Shown here in pieces: positions 13,301 to 25,614 of a stretch of 64,000 nucleotides of DNA. The first letter of the stretch is position 1; the number at the start of each line of letters is the position of its first letter. The notes under the pieces were generated by a model, which was not told the DNA's origin, ran no database searches, and worked only from the letters and a program-made list of their open reading frames with translations. Both the position numbers and the translations under genes were made by a program. The DNA is taken from positions 8,680,001 to 8,744,000 of the forward strand of contig NC_047083.1 of NCBI RefSeq assembly GCF_902459465.1, given 5' to 3'. This stretch comes from Asterias rubens (lineage: Eukaryota).

Positions 13301-16300
13301 CATGGCACCATGCAGCGGTTTAGTAGGTGCTGTGGTGCAATCTACAGCCATCCAACACAGGAAGTACCAGAACGAACCCCTTCTCTCTAACGGTAAGTTA
13401 ACTGTTTTATGCATTACTTAACACATGGTACCTACGGTTTTACCTCCCACCCCAAACTATACAGACCCCCACCCCCCTCCCAACATCAAATCTAAAACCG
13501 TTACCCCAAATCTCGTACCTTGGCTTTGACTGGTATCCTGCACCACAGGGACCAGTGGTGCAGACTGCACGTACTGCCCATGCTCCGTTCCTTGTGTCAG
13601 CGACGCTTGGTTGAACAACGACTGGGACGCCGTCTGGGCAGAATTGGTCGATACCGATGTCTCCTCTCCCTTGTTCTCGCTTAGCGTCACGGCATCCATC
13701 GGAAAGTCCCACTGCGATGTTCCTGTCTGATTGTCCGTGTAGTAATATTGCTTGTGCTCTCTGTATCGAATCAGGAGAAGGAAATCCGTAGCGTTAACGC
13801 CTGAAAAATACCTTGCAGTTTTGTTTTTTTTTCAATCAAAAAACATCTTGCAATTTTTTTTTCATTGATCAAAAAATACTGTGCAAGTTTTTTGTTTTCA
13901 TCGATCAAGAAATAAATTGCAATTTTTTTTTTCTGACCTGCTTACTCTTATGCAATAGGGAGAGAGAAAAACAAATTACTGAATTTTTATTAATATAATT
14001 ATTTGAATGAATTGAAGAGAGACTTTTGCAAATTAAAGTCAAGTCCCAAGCCTCGAGAGTTTAGAGGGTTCTCCTGACTTGATAACTCATGAAGGCACCA
14101 AAGGCGATCACCTCCATGCATCAGTGCCCGTAAAATGCTTGACAGTAGAAATTAAAATTGTCTCCATGGTGTGCTCTTTACTGAGGAGAAAATGCCTTGG
14201 TGCCCTTGCCCTTTCAAATACAAATCATACAGGCCTGAGCGATAACTGTAAGATGTTTATGTTTATAACACTTTGTACTTCTGCTTGGCGTTTTGTTTTA
14301 ATTATTTGTACAGAAAACAATTTATTGACCCGATTCCTCTGCAGTCATAACCAGAATAAAATATTGGTTGCCCCATTTTGTGGGTCATTGTGGCACTTGT
14401 GTGTCATACCTGGTACTGGGCATTTGAAGCGTTTTAAAAAGTTGAACCCTACAATGGCCAGCATGACAGCCGTAGCAGCTTGTGACACTGGCGCACAGGG
14501 TTACCGGTAATACATGAAAGGCCAAATACATGCACAGTGTATGTACATACACCATACAAAACCATTTAGCAAAAATTCTATTCTGGCATTGGATGAAATC
14601 AAAACGACACATTGAATTCCTTCATTTTTGGATTGAACCAACGTCCTCCAGCTTAACATGTGGGCGCTCTACCAACTGAGCCATCCAGCATGATGTTTGT
14701 GGTTTCCCTTTTTTGTCAATATCTTTGTTCAGGGGTTGCGAAAACCACTGTAATGCTGATTTATAGGCAACATTATTGAGAAAGATGAAAGTTCCAGTTG
14801 AATACAATCGCTATCAAACTTTCATAGACGATATTTTCCAAATGAACGTAGAATCCATAAGGTTAATTCGTTTGCAAGAATTAAAATGAGATTCTTCTCG
14901 CTCTTGATTTGTGCTCAATTCTGTCTGATTTAACAAAAACTGGCCACACCAACCAAGAAAGAAAAAAAGAAGGACAAAAATCAACACCAAATTTACATCC
15001 ACAATGAATACAAAATGAAAAGATCTTACTCAAAATGAAGTTTAAAGAGATTTCACTGACCGGCACCGAATCCACTTGGCGTCCGAAGGCGTGGCATCAA
15101 AGGCTTTCCGTTCCGTTGGCTGGCTCCTTACGACGCTCCATTGAACTTCATTCTCACAGAGGGACAGAGGGGGGCTAATTTTCTTTTTTCCGTTTTTTGT
15201 TTTCAATTAATGGATTTTTGTTTGCCTTATTCCTTTGGTCATTTTTATTTATCATTCCCAGGTCCAAATGTACTTTCAAATTTGTGCAAAAACCTGCGAT
15301 AAAACAAAATAAACATACTTTGTCTCTCCATCCAATCCCAACCCGAAAATTTCCACATAAAATTGAGATAAAAACACTGTTTATCATTACCTAAATGCCC
15401 CTATACTTAAACATTATTTTGCCCCTATACTTAAAAATTATTTTGCCCCTATACTTAAAAATTATTTCTTCAGGAATTTTCTGCGTGATAATATTACCAT
15501 GTTTCATAACTAATTCCTTCGATTAAAAGGTTCACAATTTTTTAGCGTTCGTAATAGTGAGAGTGGGGGCGTCGTCGTTTGACTCCAGTCAAAATTTGTC
15601 CACCGGTGAAAAGTTCAAGCCAAACGGTCGTCGCAGCAAAGTCGTAGCTCCTCGTTGTTTTCACTGTTGGTAAGACTTCACTGTTCACAGTACACACACA
15701 CATATCCACACCAAATATATCTTTCAGGTTTTGTTTAAGTGCGACAGTGGGGTCGGATTTTAGTCTGACCCCAAATCGTTGCCATCTCGACCGTGACATC
15801 ATGTCAAGAAGTAGGTGCAAAGTTTTGTTTGGCAATTACTTTTTGTGATTTTTGTTTTTGTTTTTGGAGGAAAGTAGAAGAGAGTTGCTTCGTACCTGTC
15901 CCACGTGCACGACCAACCGGAGGGTGTCGCTTCCATCTCGTAACGTTGGAGCTCCCAGTCAGACGACTTGAGGTGACGTAGAAGGTGTTTGGAATCCAAG
16001 AGACCCTCCCGCCAATCTCGCACTCGCACCTAGCGACAAAATGGACGGGAAAAAAATTATGTTAAGTCGTTGCAAAAGTAAGTTGAAGCACTGTCAATTT
16101 CTTATTCAAGAAAATGTTGTATATCATTTTGAATCCTGTATAGTTATTCATTTAGTATTCATTTAGTTTTTGCTTTGTACACATCCCCCTAGTGTCAAAG
16201 TTGCGACTTTTGATTCCTTAGTCGAGTCCTGACGACCATTATTTAACTAAACGGTTAATCCTGTCGCCCAACTTCTACAAAATAGTTGCGACTTCCTGCT

Positions 16301-19300
16301 TGGTTAACCAATTGTGTCGCTCAGGACTATTCACAAAAGCATAATTTACTTACGAAACACAATCTGACATAAGTGACGCAAACCTTCAATCCTGCGGCAA
16401 ACAATATGCTGCAATGCATCTTGGGAATTAAAAATTAGTCGCAACTAAGTGCTGAACTGGTCGGTTGGTAAATTTCACTAGTCGCCCAGGCTTAGGTCAT
16501 AGGTTAGATCAGTACAAACAATTGATGGGAGGTCCCTTTTTTTCATTTATTCGTTTAGGAAAACATAAACAGTAGATGCACAACCATATGAAAAAAAAAA
16601 AATTAAATTTGAACTTCTTGCAAAATCAGACGTATTTCTTACCTCTTTTTCCACTAGCATTATCTGAAACTTGGTCAACTCTGCCGTTGTGATCCCCAGA
16701 AAAGCCAACTTGTTGCTAAGATCCAACGACAGTTCAGCAATCTCTTTCTGAAAGTTGAACATCAACGAAATATCGAAAAGGTATCAATTTCATAGGAGAT
16801 AAGAGTAACTATGAATATAAATATGAATAGTTGACTTGCAGGTACAACCATGTGTGAAATCTATTTTGAGGGAGTGTTGGCTCTGAAAAGAGCCTGCTTT
16901 GGTCTTGACGTTTTGAACAGTATACTCTGCTCGGCGTCAGAGCTGGAGTCCAGTGCACTTGACCACTCGGCCACGACACACTACCAATTCTCAGGCCTGT
17001 ATGCTTCGTTTTTGTAAGGGCAAGGGCACCCAGGCATTTTCTCCTTTGTAAAGGGCACCGTATGAGGAAATTTGTCTACTGTCAGCATTTCAAGGGCATG
17101 AAGGCATTGACCAGGGGGCATGGAGGCGATCACCTTCATTGCCTCCTTGAAGTATCGGGCCTAAGTTAAGTCAACCACTACAAATGAGTGAAACTTTTAA
17201 AAGTTTTGTCATTCATGGGACTCTGTTTTTAATAACCCACAGATTTTACATCCAGTTGCCATGGGGACGTATCTCTGTACCTTCATCTCCGCTTCCTCTT
17301 TGATCTTCTGCTTAGCAGCAAGGTCATCCAGCTCGGCGTCGCACTGAGTTCCGATGTCGTTTGTCTCCACAGTGGATTTGGTTCTGAGATTCTCAATACG
17401 TTTCTTCTTGATGGCCAGAAGATTCACTTCTCCTTTTTCATCTGTGGGCGATCGCAATAAAGGTACGGTCATAAAACATAGTATTGTCATCTTGGTGTAA
17501 CTCAACATAGGCATAAAATAACAAGCTTGTGAACATTTTGGGCTGGCTTTTTCTTTCGACTGAAAACTTGGTCTCAACAAAATTATCAAAAAAGATACGA
17601 TGAAAGTCACATGAGAAAGTTTCAGCTGAAAACAGTGCCTGCTTGCTGAGAAAACAGGAACAAACTGTCATGGTAACTTTATACAGGCCTTGAAATAACT
17701 ATAAGCACATGCAGCAATTGTTGTGGTGCCCTCCAGAAAGTTCCAAAGATAAATTTTTCCCATAGAAGTACCCCTTACCAGATGTGGATTTTTTTCACGG
17801 TGGATTTCGATTTTATGAAATGCGGAAAATAGATCCACGGAAGAGTTGCATGCCTGATATCCACTGTGGAAGAAGTCAAAGAGCTTCACACCTATTTAGG
17901 GAACTCAAATCAACATGTATGAAACTTTATTACCGTATAACTCTAGAGTTTCCGACGCTTTGCGTTTCTTGTCCACTGAGCACGGACTAGAGGCTCCATC
18001 ATCGAACTCCAACTCCTTCAACTCGGCCTGCACAGAAAAACAATTAGGTTATCAATAATAACATCAATAACGGCTTCTTAAGTAAGGCTTACATCCGTCA
18101 CTCAGCGGCGCTCAAGGTGCTTCAACATTCAGAATTGTCCTGCAAGATATGTGGGACTCTTTTAAATAACGTAAACTACAAGATACCGTGTTGCAATATG
18201 CTGCCAATCACAACAAAAACACCTTGGCGAACCCCTTCTCTTTTCCGATAGGTGCACTGGGTTCTTTCACGTGTGTTACACAACACATGGGACCATTGGC
18301 TTAACATCCTATCCGAAGGACAAAGCATCATGTCTTGTTTCAGGAAACATGTGTCACAACTGGGGCTCGAACCCACTGATCAGAAACACCAGAGCTTCAG
18401 TCCGGTGCTCTTAAAGACACTGGACACTATTGGTAGTTGTCAAAGTCTAGCCTTCACAGTTGGTGTATCTCAACATATGCATAAAATAACAAACCTGTGA
18501 AAATTTGAGCTCAATCGGTCATGGAAGTTGCGAGATAATAATGAAAGAAAAAAACACCCTTGATTTCAAGACCTCAAAATCTAGTTCTGAGGTCTCAAAA
18601 TCAAATTCATCAAAAATTACTTCTTTTATATGAACTATGTTACTTCAGAGGGAGCTGTTTCTCGCATGTTTTATACTATCAACCTCTCCCCAGTACTTGT
18701 TACCAAGTAAGGTTCTATGCTAATAGTTATTTTGAGTAATTACCAATAGTGTCCACTGCCTTTAACCGCTAGGCCACGACATGCCACATATTTTCATTCT
18801 TATTCAAAGTTATGGTCACATTCAACAAACATACCTTCCGTTTCTCAAGGGCCATTTCCAACTGCTCGTCAATATCCATATCATCGTCCTCCGGTCTGCT
18901 TTCCCCATTCCCATTGGTCGGTTCCACCTCCTCCTCCATAAGCATTGGTTTAATCTGACCAATCGTGGAGCTGCTCTCATCTGAAACAGCCTCCGCCTCT
19001 TTGATATCTGCTATGACGCTTTCAGTTCCTGGAAGACTGTCCCCTTTCACAAACATCGGGTATTTTTTCGCTTCTGGCTTTTGCAGCTCAAACTCCTCTT
19101 CTTCAATTTCGGGCTCCGGCGAAACATCGTACGCTACCGCGCCCAGTCCATAAACAGGCAGTTTCTTTGCTTCTTTCTCAACGATTCGGTCGCTAGTCTC
19201 AGGTAACTTCTCCGTTATTGTGTCCTCCTTTGTTAACTCCTCCTCCTGTTGCTTAGCAACACTTTCGGTTGCCACAACAGGTTCAGCAACCTCTGGATCA

Positions 19301-22300
19301 TGTGCTGTCGTCCCATTGGGTAATTGGTGGTCATATGACTGTCCTGCTAGCTGCTGATTGGCTGCTTGGAGGGAAGCCGGTATCTCCCAAGTGACTTCAC
19401 TGGTAACCGTGTTCCAGTAGTAGACACAGTTTGTTGCTTCGTCTAAGAGTTCTTGCCATTCACCCAAATCTCCTGCAATATATAAAATTGAAAAAAGTCA
19501 ATTTTGCTTCACAAAGTCTGCTTACCAAACAAATGAACAGGATACCAGTCACAGATGGACAGCACATGTGAAATGGAACTTTGACTGGTTATCATGGTTA
19601 TATTATTCTGGAATAGGGGCAATGGAGGCCCTGTGCCAAATTTCACAAAGCCTGTAAGCAAATAGCATTAATAGGTTACCAGTCCAAATTACATTAAATT
19701 TGTGTTTACTCAATTTTTGCTTAGCAAAGAAATTTGTCAAGCAGTATTTTTGGCTGAACATCTTAATGCAATTGGGCCAAGGCCTTCGTGGCTGCAGTGG
19801 CATTTCAAACCTGACACATACCTGCTTCAGTATTTGTTGAATCTGCCACGCCTTGTTCTGGATCTGCATATTCACTAGGTGTTGATGTCACATCGCTGGT
19901 GGTTGACTCCACGGCTTGGCTAAGCGTTGAATCGATGTGCGCGTTGTTCTGAGGCGGGGCATCTGCCGCTTCTTTGGGCAGGGCTTCGGAAGTCTCCCCC
20001 GAGGGCACCGGGGAATCAGTACCATCAAGGGCATCGATTTCCTAGAAGTAGAGACAAAAAACTTATAACAATTAGTGGCTTATTAATTTTGGTTTTTACC
20101 CATACACCGATGTGTGTTAGCACTGTATACTCAGTACTTTCCCGAGTCCTGTGAAAAAATTACAGGCATATTACCTGGGTGGGATTCAAACCCACGACCC
20201 TTGCAATTCTAGAGCAGTGTCTTACCAACTAGACTACCGAGGTTGCCCGGCAGCTAGAGGCAGTTCGAATCCTATGTTTTGGCAGCGGGTACCGCAACGA
20301 TATAATAGATGTTAAATTTTGCATCGGGGATAAAGAATGTTAATTTTAGTGGCTTCTTACAAAGCGCTCATATCCATCACTCAGTGAAGCTCAAGGCGCT
20401 TCAACATTCCGTATTTTTACTAGCAAAGTATGTGGAGGCTACGTTTGAAGCATGAGACCTACTCCTTTAAAGGCAGTGGACACTATTGGCAATTACTCAA
20501 AATAATTATTGGCATGAAACCTTACTTGGTGACGAGTAATGGGGAGAGGTTGGTGGTATAAAACATTGTGAGAAACGGCTCCCTCTGAAGTGCCCTTCCA
20601 CAAAGTAATTTTCCACAAATTTGATTTCAAGACCTCAGACTTAGAATTTGAGGTCTGGAAATCAACCATCTACACACACACCTGCTCGTGTGACAAGGGT
20701 GTTTTTTCTGTCATTGTTATCTCGCAACTCCGACGACCAATTGAGCTCAAATTTTTACAGGTTTGTAATTTGATGCATATGTTGAGATACACCAAGTGAG
20801 AAGATGGTCATTGACAATTACCAATAGTGTCTAGTGTCTAGTGTCATTACACCATCAGCATCAAGGATTCAAGCCTATTTACATATAAAGACAGATATTT
20901 TTGAGCACCTGACTGACGGTCACCATCAGACCCTTAGAAGTGGTTTGATAGATTGAAACTTTTATTTTGGTTTGACTTACCGCCAGAAAATCAGCTACTT
21001 TTGCGTCGATCTCATTCTTTGGTTTAACGGCTTCTTCTACAAAAGAAGAATATTAACAAAAAATAACAATCAATAAATCCCCTTCAAAAATCTTAAACAA
21101 ATCGTTTGTATTTATTTGCAAAAAGGCACTTGAGTGGCCATCTTGATTTTCTTCCGTTCAAATCAATGTAATCAAACTGAGGCTGAAAAAATAGACTGGT
21201 TCCCTTTTTTATGCTGAATATTAGCATCCATTAATATTTATTAGATACAGGAAACATGACCAAAGTGGCAGCAGCATGATGAAAAGATGGATGCAATTGT
21301 TATCAATGTAACCAAACTGAGGCTGGAAAGAAAAATAATCTGGTTCCCCTTTTTTATGCTGTATATTAGCATCGTATAATGTTATTGGATACAGGGAACA
21401 TGACCAAGATGGCGGAGCTGTACCTGTGTCTCTTTGAGGGTTATCTTGACTATCTTCGTCGTCGCTGTCGCCATACTGGGCAAGGAGGCCACTCAGAGGG
21501 TTGTGATCTGAAATAATGGAATGAAGTCATTAGTCCCAAGTCCACTCATCAGGGGTTCGTTTTGGCGATCAGAGCCAAAACTGTTTCGGTCATTAAAGTG
21601 ATAAATTCAACCAAAACAGTTATTGGTTACCATCGTCAAAACGCAGCCCTGTTTTGCTCAACATAAACGGGTATGAAAAAACAGGCATGGGATTATTTGA
21701 AGACACGATATTTGGTCATGGGGAACAAAAATAGGACAATTTTACCAAGTGCAAGGGCTAACCTACATAAACCCATGGAGTAAGCTTTAACAGATTTTTG
21801 AATCACAGTCTTTCAGATTTTTTCAAGGGCAAACAAACAAATCAGACTTAAAGGCAGTGGACACTATTGGTAATTACTCAAAATAATTATTGGCATAGAA
21901 CCTTCCGTGGTGACGAGTAATGGGGAGAGGTTGATGGTATAAAACGTTGTGAGAAACGGCTCCCTCTGAAGTGCCATAGTTTTAGAGAAAGACGTAATTT
22001 TCCACAAACTTGATTTCGAGACCTCAGATTTAGAACTTGAGGTCTCGAAATCAACCATCTAAACGCACACAACTTCGTGTGACAAGGGTGTTATTTCTTT
22101 CATTATTATCTCGCAAGTTCGATGACCGATTGAGCTCAAATTTTCACAGATTTGTTATTGTATGCATATGTTGAGATACACCAATTGAGAAGGCTAGTCT
22201 TTGACAATTACCAATAGTGTCCACTGCCTTTACAGTAGGATGAATATTATGCCTGTATTTTGAAGCCACAGAGGGTTCTTTGTCTTGGTACACCTGCAAC

Positions 22301-23137
22301 ATTTTCCCCATAGAATCTTGTACTTTCCAAGAAGCAAAATAAAAATGACCTTGCCCTATCAAAGATGAAATTCAAGGCCTGAGAAATTGCATAGGTGTTA
22401 ACTACGTACCACTTTGAGATCTAGATGCTTCTTGGAAAGTTGCTCCAAACACTCCTAGAAGACAACAAAAAAAGACAGGGTGAGGAGATAAGATGCTTTT
22501 AATTTTATGGAAATTTATTTTCAATCACATAAATGAAATTCCATTAAAACCAGGGATGTGATGCCTGGCTTTGCTTAGCTTGTCTGTGGATAATGCGTAT
22601 TCCTTCTGGGGAAGTTTTTTTTTTTCTTTATTGTGGTTGGTTTGGTCTTTTTTTGTGGTTCTAGAACAAAATGGTCAGCCATTTTGAAAGTTACTTACTG
22701 TCACTATTGGATTTCCCTGCCAAGGTTCTTGTCTTTTGCTTCTAATGGTTTTAGTGTACCGACCCCACTGAAGGTTTTTTCCTTCATGTGTCTGACCGCC
22801 TAGCCGGGTACCTCAGTACTTTGCTGGGCGCTTGTTTATTGTTGTATTCTGCATTAAACTATTGTATTGTTTGTTTTTGTAGATCCTGTGACTTGTAATT
22901 GTTCAATGTTTTTTATTAATGTTTTCTGGCAAATAAAATTAAACAAAATGAAAAACCTGCCCTCCAAACCAAACAATAAAACACCCCAAATATAAATAGA
23001 CCCGTCTCCTTGGGTGCAAGGCGCAACTAACCTGCCGCTCCTCCATCTTTCTTTGTCGACGACGACGCGGCACCAATCTGAAGCTTGGTACGTCTTTTGG
23101 GGCCACTTTCAAAGGGCCGCTCTCGTTTCTTTCCCAT
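10347..23137 (-). CDS. FNBP4: Formin-binding protein 4 (two WW domains, Pro-rich region), ~937 aa, 14 coding exons
   Basis: Exons 23137-23032, 22454-22410, 21507-21424, 21036-20981, 20041-19822, 19472-18835, 18027-17934, 17441-17281, 16747-16643, 16029-15896, 13760-13519, 12362-11704, 11091-10910, 10434-10347; all phases match. Recognised motifs: MGKK start, LLAQYGDSDDE, WW1 GEWQELLDEATNCVYYWNTVTSEVTWEIP, DWREG...ATPSGWSCTWDR/WW2 QYYY...TGTSQWDFP, C-terminal LVQKWQQIKEE and NANFEMIQGDWRERLKRK. Confidence 0.93.
11391..11623. mobile_element. GGCCCAATTTCATA foldback MITE (other copies ~34581-34772, 48686-48926, 57098-57629)
   Basis: Inverted termini GGGCCCAATTTCATAAAGC / TTATGAAATTGGGCC. Confidence 0.7.
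12642..13012. mobile_element. Dominant TTAA MITE, full length
   Basis: TTAA...TTAA flanks with both TIRs. Confidence 0.8.
15386..15467. repeat. 24-bp tandem repeat x3
   Basis: TGCCCCTATACTTAAAAATTATTT. Confidence 0.85.
18411..18765. mobile_element. Dominant TTAA MITE, full length, abutting a SINE
   Basis: TTAA...TTAA flanks with both TIRs. Confidence 0.8.
20070..20345 (-). mobile_element. Dispersed repeat with tRNA-like core (near-identical copy 46798-46998; partial 56915-57050)
   Basis: Minus strand TAGTCTAGTTGGTAAGAC...GGGTTTGAATCCCAC with conserved non-tRNA flanks. Confidence 0.65.
20467..20835. mobile_element. Dominant TTAA MITE
   Basis: TTAAAGGCAGTGGACAC start, degenerate far end. 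Confidence 0.75.
21848..22232. mobile_element. Dominant TTAA MITE, full length
   Basis: Both TIRs present. Confidence 0.8.
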
Positions 23138-23974
23138 GCTGTACCTCTGCAACAAACCTTTGATTGTCCGCTCAGAACTTGTTGTTGCCGTTTTCTATTC
23201 CGTTACTTTTGTTGTGAACATCGATTTTCTTGTGTTAATAGGCCTAACGAATGTGTTGTCCTGAAAAATAAACACAAATACAAATTTTGTAACAATTTTA
23301 AAGATTACATTTTAGTTACTGGTGACGGTAAAATAATCCAACCGCTGTTTTGCCATACTGCATTTTCAGAATTGATTACCCTTTCAAATAATCATCCAAA
23401 ATCACAGTTTAGAAAAATAGCTGTTTATTTACTTAGACAAAAGGAGATAAAGTCCAAAATCGTGTTAAAAAAATCATTATTTCAGTAAAACCCTTTTCAG
23501 AAAAATATCCGTGACCTGCCACCACTTTATTAACTATTTATAAATAGTAATACTATTACTTGGGCCTAGTAAGTATCAATTCTAATTTAGTTAATTAGGC
23601 CCCCTATCTATTCTATCTATGAACTATGTCAAATGAGATATTTCTTCTCCAGAAGACGATCAGAGCATACTGATCGAAACGTCAAGTTAATCCAACGGTT
23701 CTTTTCAGAACCACCCCAACTCATTTAGAGATTGTTATTACATGGTGTTACCGCAAACTTTCCTATATCTTACTTCCACCATGCAAAGTTTCAAATCCTA
23801 CGAGATATTTCTACCCTAAATAATATTATTTAATTTAATACTAATATACGCTTTTATTAAATTGTTATTAATTTAGTGGCAGTGCAACTGCAAGCAACAA
23901 CTTAATTTACAACAAGATTCAAGAACTTAAGAAGGGAAATACGAACAGGGCCATGACTGTTAAGTTATTTTGAA

Positions 23975-24120
23975 GGGAAAAGTTTCCGTACGGCGCCACC
24001 ACTTTTTCATTCGATTATATGAAATAATAGAGTATCTAATCATCTAATTAACCTCAATGAGATATCACTTTTTGTAAAAATTAGTGAAAAAGTGGTGGCG
24101 CCATACGGAGAGTTATCCAA
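23975..24120. mobile_element. GGCGCCACCACTTTTTCA foldback element (copies ~49180-49300 and 60815-60945)
   Basis: Inverted termini TTTCCGTACGGCGCCACCACTTTTTCA / TGAAAAAGTGGTGGCGCCATACGGA. Confidence 0.7.
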
Positions 24121-24375
24121 TTTAGCTTGCAATGCATATCACACAAGTTACCAACCGTGGAGGTTTCGAATGGTGCAGCCCATCACACCCGACAGGCACA
24201 GTTTGAGTTTGTTCAGATTTACACACATGAAACCTCAGCCAAAATGGTGCGTACGGACACTGATTAACTACTAAAAATAGTACGACCAATGAACGCATAT
24301 TAAAAGGGATTATAAACTAACAAATCTTAACGTTTAGATCTTTCTTACATCAAATATCAGACACATTTTACTTAC

Positions 24376-24900
24376 GTTTCAATTACGACTTTATTTTCGG
24401 TGCCATTCCGCAGCCGCCATTGTTTAATATGAAGTAATGAAGTAACTGTGTTAATCATCATCCAACCACTCTTATAACGAGTCGTTTCATTAGATCAACT
24501 GGCCTTCCGTCCGATTATTTGCCCAATCAGACTTGTCGTACTGCTATGCTTATCAATCATCAAAGCTTCCAGGTAAACGTCTTACCATTGGTCAGAATAT
24601 CACACCCAGGTCCCTTTAGTCCAATCAGCGACGCTTTGTTATATTTTGCCGCACCACCGCAGTGGGATGGGGAGCAGCAGTGTTTTGACTCATTTTTGTT
24701 GAGAGGAGCGAAATTGATGAAGTCCAAAGACGAACAATGCATTTGTGTTTGTAGAATCGTAAGTAATGTTCAGAATAAATATTTAATTGCAGGGTAGTTG
24801 CAGGATTATCTGAACCTTTTCTAAAGAAATAGAACAATCTGGGGCTGGAAACGACTTGCTTTTTAGCTCAATCAATTCTAGCCCCACTTGTGTGGCCAAG
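24376..24900. promoter_or_regulatory. Bidirectional promoter FNBP4/RIC8 with non-coding first exons
   Basis: Minus-strand donor (GTAAG) at 24375 and plus-strand donor GTAAGT at 24759 face away from each other. CCAAT boxes near 24523, 24587 and 24621; YY1-like GCCGCCATTG near 24413. Confidence 0.6.
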
Positions 24901-25614
24901 GATAGCTGAATCCTCCTTGGCCACACAACACAACAAGTGGGGCTAAATCAATTCAAGAAAAACTCAATCAATCAACACACTCACCATGCTCACAAACTCA
25001 GAACTGACATGACTGAGTTTTGGGAATGACACTGACAGTGACATTGACACTGACCATGGAGGAATAAATATGCACTGACAGTAAATGAATCCTCGGACAC
25101 TCAGTGACACGGACACAAGTTCTGCACAGTGATGACGATGACCTTTTGTTGTAATTAATGTCACCATAACCCCATAGCTTGTGAAAAGATACGTAAAGTG
25201 TAAATTGAACTGTCGTCATACTCATACAAATCAAAATAATGAAAATGTCATTTATGATTTATTAATTAGCCTGCATGTTATTGTTAGGCAATACGTAACT
25301 TTTACATTTAATAATGCTCTCTGGCTCTCTGGTTTCTACAATTATTGTAACTAGTGATAACCGTTGTTGCCCTCCATCCTCCAATGGAGGTAGCCTCCGG
25401 ACTTAATGAAATTTTTAATTTCTTCACTTTATTTTGTTCTTGAAATGCAGGTATCTGGGTAGAGCTGATAATTACATCAAACTGTTGTTCTTCAGGGAAA
25501 AAACCTTAACTTCAATCACAGTAACACCAAAAAGTATCTTCGACGTAGTGCGTTTTCTCTCTAGTTCTAGTGCATGTGAATTTTCATGCGACTTGAATTG
25601 GAAGACAGAACGCA

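Noticed and set aside
13261-13392. Plus-strand segment with AG acceptor and GTAAGT donor antisense to FNBP4
   Set aside because: No partner exons or recognisable protein; may be chance or repeat-derived.
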